From an uncultured Armatimonadetes bacterium (GTDB taxonomy: Bacteria; Armatimonadota; UBA5829; DTJY01): a stretch of DNA of 64,000 bases. Shown piece by piece: positions 39,158 to 48,294 of the stretch. The position numbers and the translations under genes were made by a program. Position 1 is the stretch's first letter, and each line of letters begins with the position of its first letter. The DNA lies in contig OY970325.1 in the NCBI GenBank assembly GCA_963717145.1, positions 192,001-256,000 on the forward strand. The letters run 5' to 3'. A model generated the notes under the pieces. The model was given only the letters and a program-made list of their open reading frames with translations. It did not search any database and was not told the DNA's origin.

Positions 39158-42130
39158 ATGGCTCACACACACCGGACCACCGAAGGCATGCTGATCCTGC
39201 TTGCCGCAACCGTACTTTCTCTTGGCTTCGCGCTCGCATTCCTGGGACGGATGCCTGCGCTCAGAAACCAAGGGAAGGTCAACATCAATGCGGCATCACC
39301 GCGCGAACTCGCGTCGGCACTGGACATTGACAGTGGGCCGGCCAAGCGCATTCGCGACTACCGAGAGCAGCACGGTCCGTACGCCAACACCGCCTCCTTG
39401 CATGATGTTCCGGGGCCGCGAATTCGCATAGCTGATTCTCACGCACGAGTGAGGGACCCGGGGAGCGCAACCCTCTCCTATTGGATCCACGCGGGGCTGT
39501 TGCTCCTTGCCTTCCTGATCCTGCACCTTCTGGTCAGAAAGCGGGCGACCGACGCCAACCCATACCTGCTTCCCTCGGTGATGGTCCTCTGTGGGCTGTC
39601 GGCGATCGTGCTCTTCTCGATGAAGGATCCCCTGCGGGATACAGATGTCTATGCGCGTCAGGTCGAGGGTATCCTGCTTGGGGCGCTCGCATTCATGGTC
39701 CCGCTCACGGCGAAGTTCCGGGCGTTCCGTCCCTGGCGCTATACATACATTTATGCGCTCTCCGCGATGTTTCTGGTGCTTATGCTCCTGCTCTTCGGAC
39801 AAGGCCCAGCCGGCACGAGGATCGGCTTCCTCGGGTTTCAGCCGATGGAGGTCATCAAGATCGCGCTCGTTTTCTTCGTCGCGAGCTATCTGTGCGATCG
39901 CTGGCACATCCTGCTCGACAGGACCGGGCCGAAGCGGCGGTTCGAGATGCCGCTGTTTCGGGACATCGGGCCGCTGATCGTCATGTATCTGCTTTCGCTC
40001 CTGACCTTCGTGCTCGTCCGCGACCTCGGCCCGATGCTGATCCTCTTCGGCATGTTCGTGGTGATGCTCTACATCGCGACCGGGAAGCCCTCGTTCGTGG
40101 CAGTCGGTCTGGCGCTAATCGGGGTCACGGGCTGGATCGCGCACGTCCTGAAGCTCGGAGTATTCGATGTCCGAGTCGATATGTGGCTGCACCCGTGGGA
40201 CAACCTCCACCAGAACGGTATGCAGCTCGCACAGGGATTCTGGGGACTAGCGACCGGCGGCATTTGGGGGAGCGGCCTCGGACTCGGGAGCGCCCAGTAC
40301 ATGCCGCGAGGAGGATCGGACCTCATTCTCGCGTCGCTCGGCGAGGAGATCGGCCTGGTGGGGCTGATGATCGTGCTGGTGCTCTACTCGCTGATCATCG
40401 TCCGAGGGCTGAGGATCGCCCTCCACGCGCGCACGGATTTCGACCGCTTCCTCGGCGCGGGACTGACCGCGCTCTTCGGCATTCAGACGCTGATCATCGC
40501 CTTCGGAGTGCTCGGGCTGATACCGCTCACCGGCGTCACCCTGCCGTTCGCGAGCTACGGCAAGTCGTCGCTGATTGCATCGTTCCTCGTTCTGGGGATG
40601 CTGGTGAACATCTCCGCCGGCGGAAAGCACGCGGCCGATGTCCGCATCGAGACGAAACGCGCCTTCCGGGGGCTCGGGCTGGGATTCCTGGTCCTGCTGC
40701 TCGGAGTCGCAGGGATCGGACGGCTTGTTTGGATCCAGGGCATCGCGGCCGATCGGATCGCCGGGCGTACGATCACCATTCCGGACGCCGATCGGATCGT
40801 CCGAGCGCACATCAACCCGCGCCTCCGGTCGATCGAGGCGTCGATCCCTCGCGGGAGCATCTTCGACCGGAACGGCAAGCCCGTCGCCTCGACCCGTTCC
40901 GGCGAGAGGCAATACCCGTTCGGCGGCGACATGGTGCATATCGTCGGGTGGCTCGATTCGAGATGCGGTGGGCCGGTAGGGATGGAGAGACGGCGGAACG
41001 GCGACCTGAGGGGCTTCGACGACTACTCGGAACTGCTTCCGATGTACCGACTGCGAAGCACGCCATTCCAGCCGCGCAGGGTCGGGAAGGACCTCCGCCT
41101 GACGATCGACGCCGACCTCCAGCACACCGTCGAGGAGGCTCTTCGCAAGTACGCCGGCGCGATCCGCGACCATCGGACCGGTCGTCCCAAGACGAAAGCC
41201 GCCGCAATCGTGCTCGATGTCTACACCGGCGAAGTGCTCGCCGCCGTCTCGATACCTGACTTCGACCCGAACGAGTTAACACCGGGCCGCTGGAAGGCGT
41301 ATAATGCAAATGAGAGCGGCGAGCACGTGCTGATCGATCGCGCGCTCAACGGACTTTATCCGCCGGGCTCGACGTTCAAGCTGGTGACGGCGGCGTCGGC
41401 CCTGGAGAATGGCGTCGATCTCACCTACGTCTGCCGGCACCGCGAACAGAATGTCCGATGGCAGGCTGAGGGCAGGAACTGGTCGAGGCGCTGGATCACC
41501 GACCTGGAGGAGATGGGCGCGCACGGCTCGGTCGATCTCCCGAAGGCGATCCGGGTCTCGTGCAATGTCTACTTCGCGCATCTCGGACTTGAGTTGGGCC
41601 AGGACCGCCTGCACGAGACGGCGGCCGACAAGTTCAAGCTGACAAATATTCCTCCGGCGAAGCGACTCGCGGAGGACCTGCCGGATAGCGCATACGGCCA
41701 GGGACGGATCCTCGTGACGCCGTTGGAGATGGCGCGTGTCGTAGCGGCGATCGCGAACGGGGGCATCATGATGAAGCCGCAGTTCGTGAGGGACATCCGA
41801 CTCGGGGACGAGGTCGTGCAGGAGTTCGCGCCCATCGAGATGGGAAGGCCGATAAGCTCCTCGTCCGCAAGAGCCTTGCGGAAGATGATGGCAGACGTCA
41901 CCGCCGGGGGCACCGGCAGGGGAGTCTTCAGCGGGTTGAAAGTCTCGGTTGCGGGCAAGACCGGGAGCGCCGAGAACGATCATGCGGACGGGATGCCGCA
42001 TTCCTGGTTCGTCGGATTCGCGCCGGTAGAGGACCCACGGATCGCGTTTGCGGTGGTCGTGGAGAACGGCGGATACGGCCGAGCCGCCGCCGGCCCGGTC
42101 TGCCGCGAGATCGTGAAGGCGGCGCTTTGA
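39158..42130 (+). CDS. HhH + SEDS (RodA/FtsW) + penicillin-binding transpeptidase fusion
   Basis: KVNINAAS..EL...AKRI..YR..HGPY; FQPME, DLG, GVTLPFASYGKSS; STFK, SCN and KTG. Confidence 0.92.
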   Translation: MAHTHRTTEGMLILLAATVLSLGFALAFLGRMPALRNQGKVNINAASPRELASALDIDSGPAKRIRDYREQHGPYANTASLHDVPGPRIRIADSHARVRDPGSATLSYWIHAGLLLLAFLILHLLVRKRATDANPYLLPSVMVLCGLSAIVLFSMKDPLRDTDVYARQVEGILLGALAFMVPLTAKFRAFRPWRYTYIYALSAMFLVLMLLLFGQGPAGTRIGFLGFQPMEVIKIALVFFVASYLCDRWHILLDRTGPKRRFEMPLFRDIGPLIVMYLLSLLTFVLVRDLGPMLILFGMFVVMLYIATGKPSFVAVGLALIGVTGWIAHVLKLGVFDVRVDMWLHPWDNLHQNGMQLAQGFWGLATGGIWGSGLGLGSAQYMPRGGSDLILASLGEEIGLVGLMIVLVLYSLIIVRGLRIALHARTDFDRFLGAGLTALFGIQTLIIAFGVLGLIPLTGVTLPFASYGKSSLIASFLVLGMLVNISAGGKHAADVRIETKRAFRGLGLGFLVLLLGVAGIGRLVWIQGIAADRIAGRTITIPDADRIVRAHINPRLRSIEASIPRGSIFDRNGKPVASTRSGERQYPFGGDMVHIVGWLDSRCGGPVGMERRRNGDLRGFDDYSELLPMYRLRSTPFQPRRVGKDLRLTIDADLQHTVEEALRKYAGAIRDHRTGRPKTKAAAIVLDVYTGEVLAAVSIPDFDPNELTPGRWKAYNANESGEHVLIDRALNGLYPPGSTFKLVTAASALENGVDLTYVCRHREQNVRWQAEGRNWSRRWITDLEEMGAHGSVDLPKAIRVSCNVYFAHLGLELGQDRLHETAADKFKLTNIPPAKRLAEDLPDSAYGQGRILVTPLEMARVVAAIANGGIMMKPQFVRDIRLGDEVVQEFAPIEMGRPISSSSARALRKMMADVTAGGTGRGVFSGLKVSVAGKTGSAENDHADGMPHSWFVGFAPVEDPRIAFAVVVENGGYGRAAAGPVCREIVKAAL

Positions 42131-42131
42131 A

Positions 42132-42224
42132 CCGTAGGGGAGGCCTTCAACGGCCTCCCGAAATGCCGTAGGGGCGATCCTTCTACGGTCGCCCGCGGGA
42201 GGGCGTTGAAGCCCTCCCCTACGG
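42132..42224. repeat. Cluster of three GTAG-type REPs
   Basis: ccgtaggggaggccttcaacggcctccc; ccgtaggggcgatccttctacggtcgccc; inverted gggagggcgttgaagccctcccctacgg. Confidence 0.88.
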
Positions 42225-42242
42225 CGCTTCGAGGAGCGAACA

Positions 42243-43379
42243 ATGGACGTATTCGAGAAACTGAACAAGACCTTTGCCGGCTGGTACGAGAACCTGTTCG
42301 GCGACGCGGCGAGCGATCTTCGGCCGAAGGACATCCTCCGCCGGATCATCGGCGCGATGGAGGACAACTGCAAAGAAGGGCTCGACAACAAGGTCTACGT
42401 GCCGAACAAGTACGTGCTCGAGATCGCCTTCGACTCGGACGAGGAGCGCGAGTATCTGCTCGCCTTCCTCGACAAGGATGAGTTGGAGACCGCGCTCCGG
42501 AAGTACATGTCGCAGAATAAGTACTTCCTTCGCGGCCAACTCGACTTCACTATCGAGGAGATCAGCCGCGAGGAGGGCGGGGGGAAGCTTGCCGTCAAGT
42601 GCCGCTGGGACACGCAGCGTTCGGTTGCCGAGCCGGTGCCGATTCAGTGGGACGAGGAACCGCCCGGCTGCGTAGGGGCGCGCCTTGTGCCGCCCGAGAC
42701 CGAGGACGAGTATACCGTCGCCGCGACCGACATGTACGACGCAAGCACGGTCGCTCCTCCGATCCTGGAGGTCAGCCACGTGGACGGCTCATCCCGGCAG
42801 TTTGCGCTCGCCAAGCCATCGATCAGCATCGGCCGATCGAGCCGCACCGGGAACGATCTCGTCCTGGAGAAGGACGGCATGGTCTCGAAGCGCCACGCAC
42901 AGATCTCACTGGGATCGGACGGCTTCACGATCACCGATATGAACAGCACGAACGGCGTCTGGGTGAACGGCGAGCGGATCGAGAGCCATGTTTTGAAGGA
43001 CGGCGACCTCATCAAGCTCGGCGCGACCGAGCTGGTCTTCCGCGAATCCGCCCTGTCCGCGATCAAGAGCCACGTCGCGGCGGTCGGGGTGAGCAGCCGT
43101 CCGAGGCTGGTCTCCGGTGGCGAGGAGTTTCTGCTCGCCTCCGAGATGGTGATCGGACGCGGGCTCACGAGCGACATAAGGTTCGGCGACCCGACTGTTT
43201 CCAATACGCACGCGAAGGTTTTCTCGCACAATGGGACTGAATTCTACATAGAGGACCTCGGGAGCCAGACCGGTACGAGTGTGAACGGCGTGCAGGTCAT
43301 CCGCGGCTCGGCGGTGCGGCTGAATCCTGGGGACCAGGTCAAGCTCGGAGAGGTGGCGGTGCGTTTTGAACGGGACTGA
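42243..43379 (+). CDS. FhaA-like protein (DUF3662 + two FHA domains)
   Basis: L.P.DI.RRI...VPN.Y; IGRS..VSKRHA..DMNSTNG; IGRG..VSNTHA..DLGSQTGT.VNG. Confidence 0.88.
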   Translation: MDVFEKLNKTFAGWYENLFGDAASDLRPKDILRRIIGAMEDNCKEGLDNKVYVPNKYVLEIAFDSDEEREYLLAFLDKDELETALRKYMSQNKYFLRGQLDFTIEEISREEGGGKLAVKCRWDTQRSVAEPVPIQWDEEPPGCVGARLVPPETEDEYTVAATDMYDASTVAPPILEVSHVDGSSRQFALAKPSISIGRSSRTGNDLVLEKDGMVSKRHAQISLGSDGFTITDMNSTNGVWVNGERIESHVLKDGDLIKLGATELVFRESALSAIKSHVAAVGVSSRPRLVSGGEEFLLASEMVIGRGLTSDIRFGDPTVSNTHAKVFSHNGTEFYIEDLGSQTGTSVNGVQVIRGSAVRLNPGDQVKLGEVAVRFERD

Positions 43380-43482
43380 CATACTCGGATGGGTTCTGAC
43401 AGGGCTGAAGTACGTCTTTCTCGCCGCCTTGTCACTGTTCATGTTCTACCTGATCGGCTTGCTGAGAAGGAGCGTCGACTGA
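43366..43482 (+). CDS. 38-aa single-TM peptide resembling the N-terminal anchor of FhaB/FipA
   Basis: TTG start; MNGTDILGWVLTGLKYVFLAALSLFMFYLIGLLRRSVD; sits where fhaB normally lies. Confidence 0.6.
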   Translation: MNGTDILGWVLTGLKYVFLAALSLFMFYLIGLLRRSVD

Positions 43483-43491
43483 TCGATTCCT

Positions 43492-43585
43492 ACTCCTACT
43501 CCTAATCGTAATCGTACTCGGCATGTAGTGGCCGTGCCTCAGTGCCGGCCATCGAGTACGATTACGATTAGGAGTACGAGTACGA
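43492..43585. repeat. Inverted hexamer arrays enclosing a GTAG REP
   Basis: tactcctaatcgtaatcgtactcg [gtagtggccgtgcctcagtgccggcc] cgagtacgattacgattaggagta. Confidence 0.8.
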
Positions 43586-43596
43586 AGGGGAAGCGC

Positions 43597-44955
43597 TTGA
43601 CCGACATATCGACTGCCTGGAAAACTGACAAAGGTCCCCGGCCTGCAAACGAGGATTCGTGCTTCGTCCTGACCCACGACGAACTCGGCGGTGTCGCCGA
43701 CGGACTGCTAGTCGTCGCGGACGGAATGGGCGGACGAGCATCCGGCGCGACCGCCAGCAGACTCGCCGTGGAAGCTGTTCGTCGCACGTTCACGTCCGGG
43801 CAGACCGACGGCGACCTCGGCGGTCTCCTCTCCCGCAGTCTGATCGATGCCAATTCCGACGTCATCCGCGAGGCCGGAACTCGTCCTGAGTTTCAGGGCA
43901 TGGGCACGACGTGTGTCGCCGCCGCCATCAAGGGCGATCGGCTCTTCATCGCCAACGTCGGCGACAGTCGGGGCTACCTCCTTCGCGATGGACGACTTCT
44001 TCGCCTCACGGAGGATCACTCCATCGTCGCCGAGAAGGTCCGTTCGGGCGAGATGACCGAGGAACAGGCGCGCAAGAGTCGGTTCCGCAATGTGATTACC
44101 AGGGCGATCGGCCTCGAAGAGTCGGTCGAGCCTGAGATGAGCGTTACCGACCTCCGACCCAGGGATGTGGTCATCCTCTGCTCGGATGGCCTGACCGGGC
44201 CTGTCCGCGAGTCTGAGATTGCTGAGATCGTCGGCTCGTCCGAGTCTGTGGATGAGGCCTGCGACAGGCTCGTTAAGGCCGCGCTCAAGAGCGGCGGCTC
44301 GGACAACGTGACCGTCGCCCTCATGGCATACGGCCGATCGGGAGACCGCGTGTCCTCACTCGCTCCCGGCATCGGACGGAAGCTGGCACGGATCCTCGTG
44401 CCGGGACTCATCGGACTGGTCATCGGCCTCGTCATCGGCGCGGCGCTGGGCATCGACGCTGAGGATTTCCCACTCCTAAGAGACCTCCATCGTGAGCACA
44501 TACCGGTCGCAGTCCCGTTCAGACCACCCGATCTGAAGTCGCTTGAGTATGGGATTCCGACTTCGCTGCTCTATACTCCGCTCCAGGGCGACGTGCTTCG
44601 CTTCAGGAAAGGACGTCTCACGGTTGCGGAGAAGAATGGCACGCTGAGAGAAGTCGACAAAGCCGGACGTGTTACGCAGGGTCTTCTGATTGATGATGTT
44701 GGACAGCGCACCAGGTTGCTGTCCAGCACAAAGGCTGTAGACTGGCAAGGCAACCTCTATGTCTCGGACCGGAAGAACAAGTGCATCCTGAAGTTCGATG
44801 CCGACGGCAAGCCCCTCAAGACCATCGGCGAGGGGCAACTCATCGGCCCGGAGGCGCTTGTCGTCGACAAGAACGGCGACATCTACGTCATCGACGGCGG
44901 CCGGCTCAAGGTCATCCATCCCAAGCCTGTCCCATCGGTCCCATCCGTCCCATAG
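43597..44955 (+). CDS. PP2C-family Ser/Thr phosphatase with TM and C-terminal NHL-like repeats
   Basis: NED, VADGMGG, GMGTT, NVGDSR, LCSDGL and GGSDN motifs. Confidence 0.92.
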   Translation: MTDISTAWKTDKGPRPANEDSCFVLTHDELGGVADGLLVVADGMGGRASGATASRLAVEAVRRTFTSGQTDGDLGGLLSRSLIDANSDVIREAGTRPEFQGMGTTCVAAAIKGDRLFIANVGDSRGYLLRDGRLLRLTEDHSIVAEKVRSGEMTEEQARKSRFRNVITRAIGLEESVEPEMSVTDLRPRDVVILCSDGLTGPVRESEIAEIVGSSESVDEACDRLVKAALKSGGSDNVTVALMAYGRSGDRVSSLAPGIGRKLARILVPGLIGLVIGLVIGAALGIDAEDFPLLRDLHREHIPVAVPFRPPDLKSLEYGIPTSLLYTPLQGDVLRFRKGRLTVAEKNGTLREVDKAGRVTQGLLIDDVGQRTRLLSSTKAVDWQGNLYVSDRKNKCILKFDADGKPLKTIGEGQLIGPEALVVDKNGDIYVIDGGRLKVIHPKPVPSVPSVP

Positions 44956-44963
44956 GTCCCATT

Positions 44964-46598
44964 ATGGCACTCGGTAAGATCGGAAAATACGAAAAACTCG
45001 ACGTACTCGGGCACGGCGCCTCGGGGATAGTTTACCTCGCGTGGGACACCATGCTCCGCAAGCAGGTCGCGCTCAAGGAGATCAACCTCATGGCGGGCGA
45101 AGAGGGGCGATTCCTCGAGGAGGCGCGCGTTCTCGATCGACTGCGCCATCCGAATATCGTCCGGGTGAACGGCGTCGATCGGGTGGACGGCCACGTCATC
45201 ATCGACATGGAATACGTCAAGGGCCCGAACCTCCAGGAGACCATGCGCCGGCATGGGAAGCTAAGTCTCGGCCAGGCGCTCAGCATCGCCATCCAGCTCT
45301 GCGATGCCCTCCATTTCGCCCACGAGAACCACATCGTCCATCGAGACGTCAAGCCGGGAAACGTGCTCATCTCGAACGAAGGCCAGGCGAAGATCGTCGA
45401 TTTCGGGCTCGCGGAGATCCTCGGCAGCGGTTCGTATGCCGGCGGCGCGGGGACGTATGCCTACATGGCGCCCGAGGACTTCGAGGAGGAGGAGCGGTCG
45501 GATCACCGGTCGGACATCTGGTCGGTCGGGGTCACGCTCTACGAGATGCTCACCAGCAAGCGTCCCTTCCAGGCTTCGAAGTCGAAGGACCCGTTCGCCT
45601 GGAAGCGGGCCGTCGATGAGGATGCGCCCACAGCGCTGACCGAGATCGATCCGTCGATCCCGAGCGAACTTGAGCAGGTTATATCGAAAGCTTTGGCGAA
45701 GAACAAGTATGAAAGATATCAGTCCGCAGGTGAAATGGCGGACGATCTGAGGCGGATCGCGTCTCGCGCCGGGATAGATCTCGCTCACTCGTCCTCTGTT
45801 GTAGGAGCGGATTCCGATCCGCGATGTGACCCCATCGCGGATCGGAATCCGCTCCTACAACAGAGGACACCGGAGGAAGAGGTTCCCGAGATCGTGCTCT
45901 CGCCCGATTTCCTCGATTTCGGCAAGGTGCGGAAGGGCGAGACGACGAATCGCTGCCTGACCGTGCGCGTGCCGGGTCGCGGTCGGATCAATGGCCGGAT
46001 AGCGTCTCAGCCGGGATGGCTGACGGTATCGCCGCAGGCGTTCAACCGACGGAAGCAGTCGCTGACCGTCACGGCGCAGACCGACAGCATCTTTCGTCCG
46101 GGGCTCTACGAGGAGCCGCTCACCCTCGAGGTCGAGGGACGGCAGGTCAAGGTACCGACCGGCGTGGAGGTGCTCGCGCCGAGGCGTCAGTTCTACGAGA
46201 CCGCCTGGTGGTACATGCCGCTGCTGATTGGATGCGCGGCGCCGGTGATCGTCGAGTCGATCGTGGGCAAGTCCCTGAGCGCGCCGGCGCTCGTGACCAT
46301 GGGCCTGCTCGCGGTGATGCTGTTCATCATCAGTATCGTTGCCGACCTGGGGATCGTCGAGAAGCTGCTCCCGGGCTTGATCGCGGCGGTCGGCTTCGGC
46401 GCATTGTTCGGGGCGCTCAGGGCGGCATTCGGCCCTGGTGGAAGAATGGACACCAGCCAGGTGATGCTGATGTCGCTTCTCGGCACACCGCTGTGCCTGT
46501 TTGTTGTTTTGCAGCTTTTGACCGCATCGAGATGGCGGTTTTGGGCAGTCGTCCTGGCACTATCCGCCATCATTGCCGCGATCGCGGTGGGGAGATGA
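44964..46598 (+). CDS. Hanks-type Ser/Thr kinase with an Ig-like domain and C-terminal TM bundle
   Basis: GHGASG, VALK, HRDVKPGN, DFG, YMAPE and SDIWSVG motifs. Confidence 0.93.
   Translation: MALGKIGKYEKLDVLGHGASGIVYLAWDTMLRKQVALKEINLMAGEEGRFLEEARVLDRLRHPNIVRVNGVDRVDGHVIIDMEYVKGPNLQETMRRHGKLSLGQALSIAIQLCDALHFAHENHIVHRDVKPGNVLISNEGQAKIVDFGLAEILGSGSYAGGAGTYAYMAPEDFEEEERSDHRSDIWSVGVTLYEMLTSKRPFQASKSKDPFAWKRAVDEDAPTALTEIDPSIPSELEQVISKALAKNKYERYQSAGEMADDLRRIASRAGIDLAHSSSVVGADSDPRCDPIADRNPLLQQRTPEEEVPEIVLSPDFLDFGKVRKGETTNRCLTVRVPGRGRINGRIASQPGWLTVSPQAFNRRKQSLTVTAQTDSIFRPGLYEEPLTLEVEGRQVKVPTGVEVLAPRRQFYETAWWYMPLLIGCAAPVIVESIVGKSLSAPALVTMGLLAVMLFIISIVADLGIVEKLLPGLIAAVGFGALFGALRAAFGPGGRMDTSQVMLMSLLGTPLCLFVVLQLLTASRWRFWAVVLALSAIIAAIAVGR
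45799..45860. repeat. Inverted REP pair inside the kinase linker
   Basis: ttgtaggagcggattccgatccgcgatg ... catcgcggatcggaatccgctcctacaa. Confidence 0.85.
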
Positions 46599-46668
46599 TT
46601 TGGAGTGCGGTGGCTCGACACCGCTTTTCACCAGCCTTCAAAGCGGTGTCGAGCCACCGCACTCCAAA
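46598..46668. repeat. Palindromic REP-like pair
   Basis: tttggagtgcggtggctcgacaccgcttt ... aaagcggtgtcgagccaccgcactccaaa. Confidence 0.85.
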
Positions 46669-46677
46669 GGAGTGAAT

Positions 46678-48108
46678 ATGAAGAGCAAATACCTCGTTCG
46701 AGGGATTATCGTCCTTGCGATACTGTACGCGATCGGCATGGGGATCGCGCGCCAGGTTCAGGTGGGTCGTCTGGCAGAGCAGCTCAAGACCGGCTCGCAG
46801 GAGCAGAAAGTGGTTGCCGCGCGCGAGTTGATAAGACGCGACCGCCTCTACGATAAGGTCCAAGAGATGACTCCCGCCCAGCGGACCGCATCGGCCAAGA
46901 TCGTCAAGACCATCGGCGGCGAGGTGGCGGTCAAGCAGCTTCTCGTCCTCCTGAAGGATGCCGACGCCGGCGTCAGGACGGAGGTCACCACCGCACTGAT
47001 CGCGATCGGCGGCGATCATATAAGGCTGCTGGTCCCGGCGATGAAAGATTCGGACATCAATGTGAACACCGGCGCCGCCAATGCGCTCGTGGGAATCGGC
47101 CCCAAGGTCGTCCCCCAGGTGCAGAAGGCCGCGAGGGATGCGACCCTCCGAGTCCCCGCGATCGGCGTGCTCGTGAGAGTCGGCGCGCCGAGTGTCCCGG
47201 CCGTGGTCGAGCTGCTTGCCGCGGATGACCAGGACCTGCGCATGGCGGCTGCGGATGCGCTGGGCAAGATTGGCAGCAAGGACGGCACTATGGCGCTTCT
47301 GAAGAGCACCGGCGACATCGCAGCCGTCCGCAGAGTCGCGATCAGCTCCCTGTGCACGATCTGCGATCCGCGCTCGACCGACCTTCTGGTCGAGGTGCTT
47401 GGCAAGACAACCGATGACGGCGAGGTCCGTGCTCGTGCAGCCCGGGCACTCAGCGTCATCGGCGGTGGCAAGGCGCTTTCGGCTCTTGTCGGCGCACTCG
47501 GTGACCTCGACCTCAAGGTTCGGACGTCGGTGATCACCGGACTCCAGGTAATGGGCAACCCGGCGGTCGGTCCGGTCGTTGCAGCGATGGCCGGCGGATC
47601 GAGCGATGTCAGGTACGCGGGCGCTGCGGTTTTGGAGAAGATCGAATCCCCGTCTGCGATGTCGGCCCTGCTCACGCTTTCGAAGGATGCCGATCCGATG
47701 ATCAGGCTTTCTGCTGCCAGGGGTCTCGGGGAACAACGATCGAACCCGCAGACCGGCGTGCTCATCGGCATGCTTTCCGACTCCGACGGACGGGTCGGTG
47801 ACTCGGCAGTTCTTTCACTCGCGGGACTCGAATCTGCGGTCGTGTCGCCGTTGATCGCGGCGATATCGAGCCCCGGGCAGTCCGAAGTTGTGAAGTTCCG
47901 TGCGGCGACGGCTCTCTCTAAGATCGGACCGGCGGCCGGACCGAGTCTCACGAAGCTCGCCCAATCCGGCGGCCCGCCGTCCGTGTGGGCGGTGTTCGCG
48001 CTCGGTCAGGCGGGCGATCGTTCGGCGAAGGACACGATCAAGAAGCTTGCATCCTCGGCCAATCCCGAGGTCAAGTGGACCGCCGAGCGGGCATTGCAGC
48101 GACTCTGA
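46678..48108 (+). CDS. Membrane-anchored HEAT-repeat protein
   Basis: N-terminal TM; repeated D.D..VR..AA.ALG.IG units. Confidence 0.88.
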   Translation: MKSKYLVRGIIVLAILYAIGMGIARQVQVGRLAEQLKTGSQEQKVVAARELIRRDRLYDKVQEMTPAQRTASAKIVKTIGGEVAVKQLLVLLKDADAGVRTEVTTALIAIGGDHIRLLVPAMKDSDINVNTGAANALVGIGPKVVPQVQKAARDATLRVPAIGVLVRVGAPSVPAVVELLAADDQDLRMAAADALGKIGSKDGTMALLKSTGDIAAVRRVAISSLCTICDPRSTDLLVEVLGKTTDDGEVRARAARALSVIGGGKALSALVGALGDLDLKVRTSVITGLQVMGNPAVGPVVAAMAGGSSDVRYAGAAVLEKIESPSAMSALLTLSKDADPMIRLSAARGLGEQRSNPQTGVLIGMLSDSDGRVGDSAVLSLAGLESAVVSPLIAAISSPGQSEVVKFRAATALSKIGPAAGPSLTKLAQSGGPPSVWAVFALGQAGDRSAKDTIKKLASSANPEVKWTAERALQRL

Positions 48109-48120
48109 GCCGTCAGAAAC

Positions 48121-48236
48121 CACCGTCAGTCCTGAGTTCGCCGGTGAATGACGGCGTGTAACGAAGGACGGCTCGGTGCACAAGGCCGTCCTTCGTTACA
48201 CGCCGTCATTCACCGGCGAACTCAGGACTGACGGTG
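48121..48236. repeat. 116-bp perfect palindrome (family P)
   Basis: 52-bp arms with a 12-nt loop. Confidence 0.92.
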
Positions 48237-48294
48237 TGGGTTCTCTGTGGGGTATAATCGGGCCAATTGCCGTAATATGCTCAGAATGACATGA

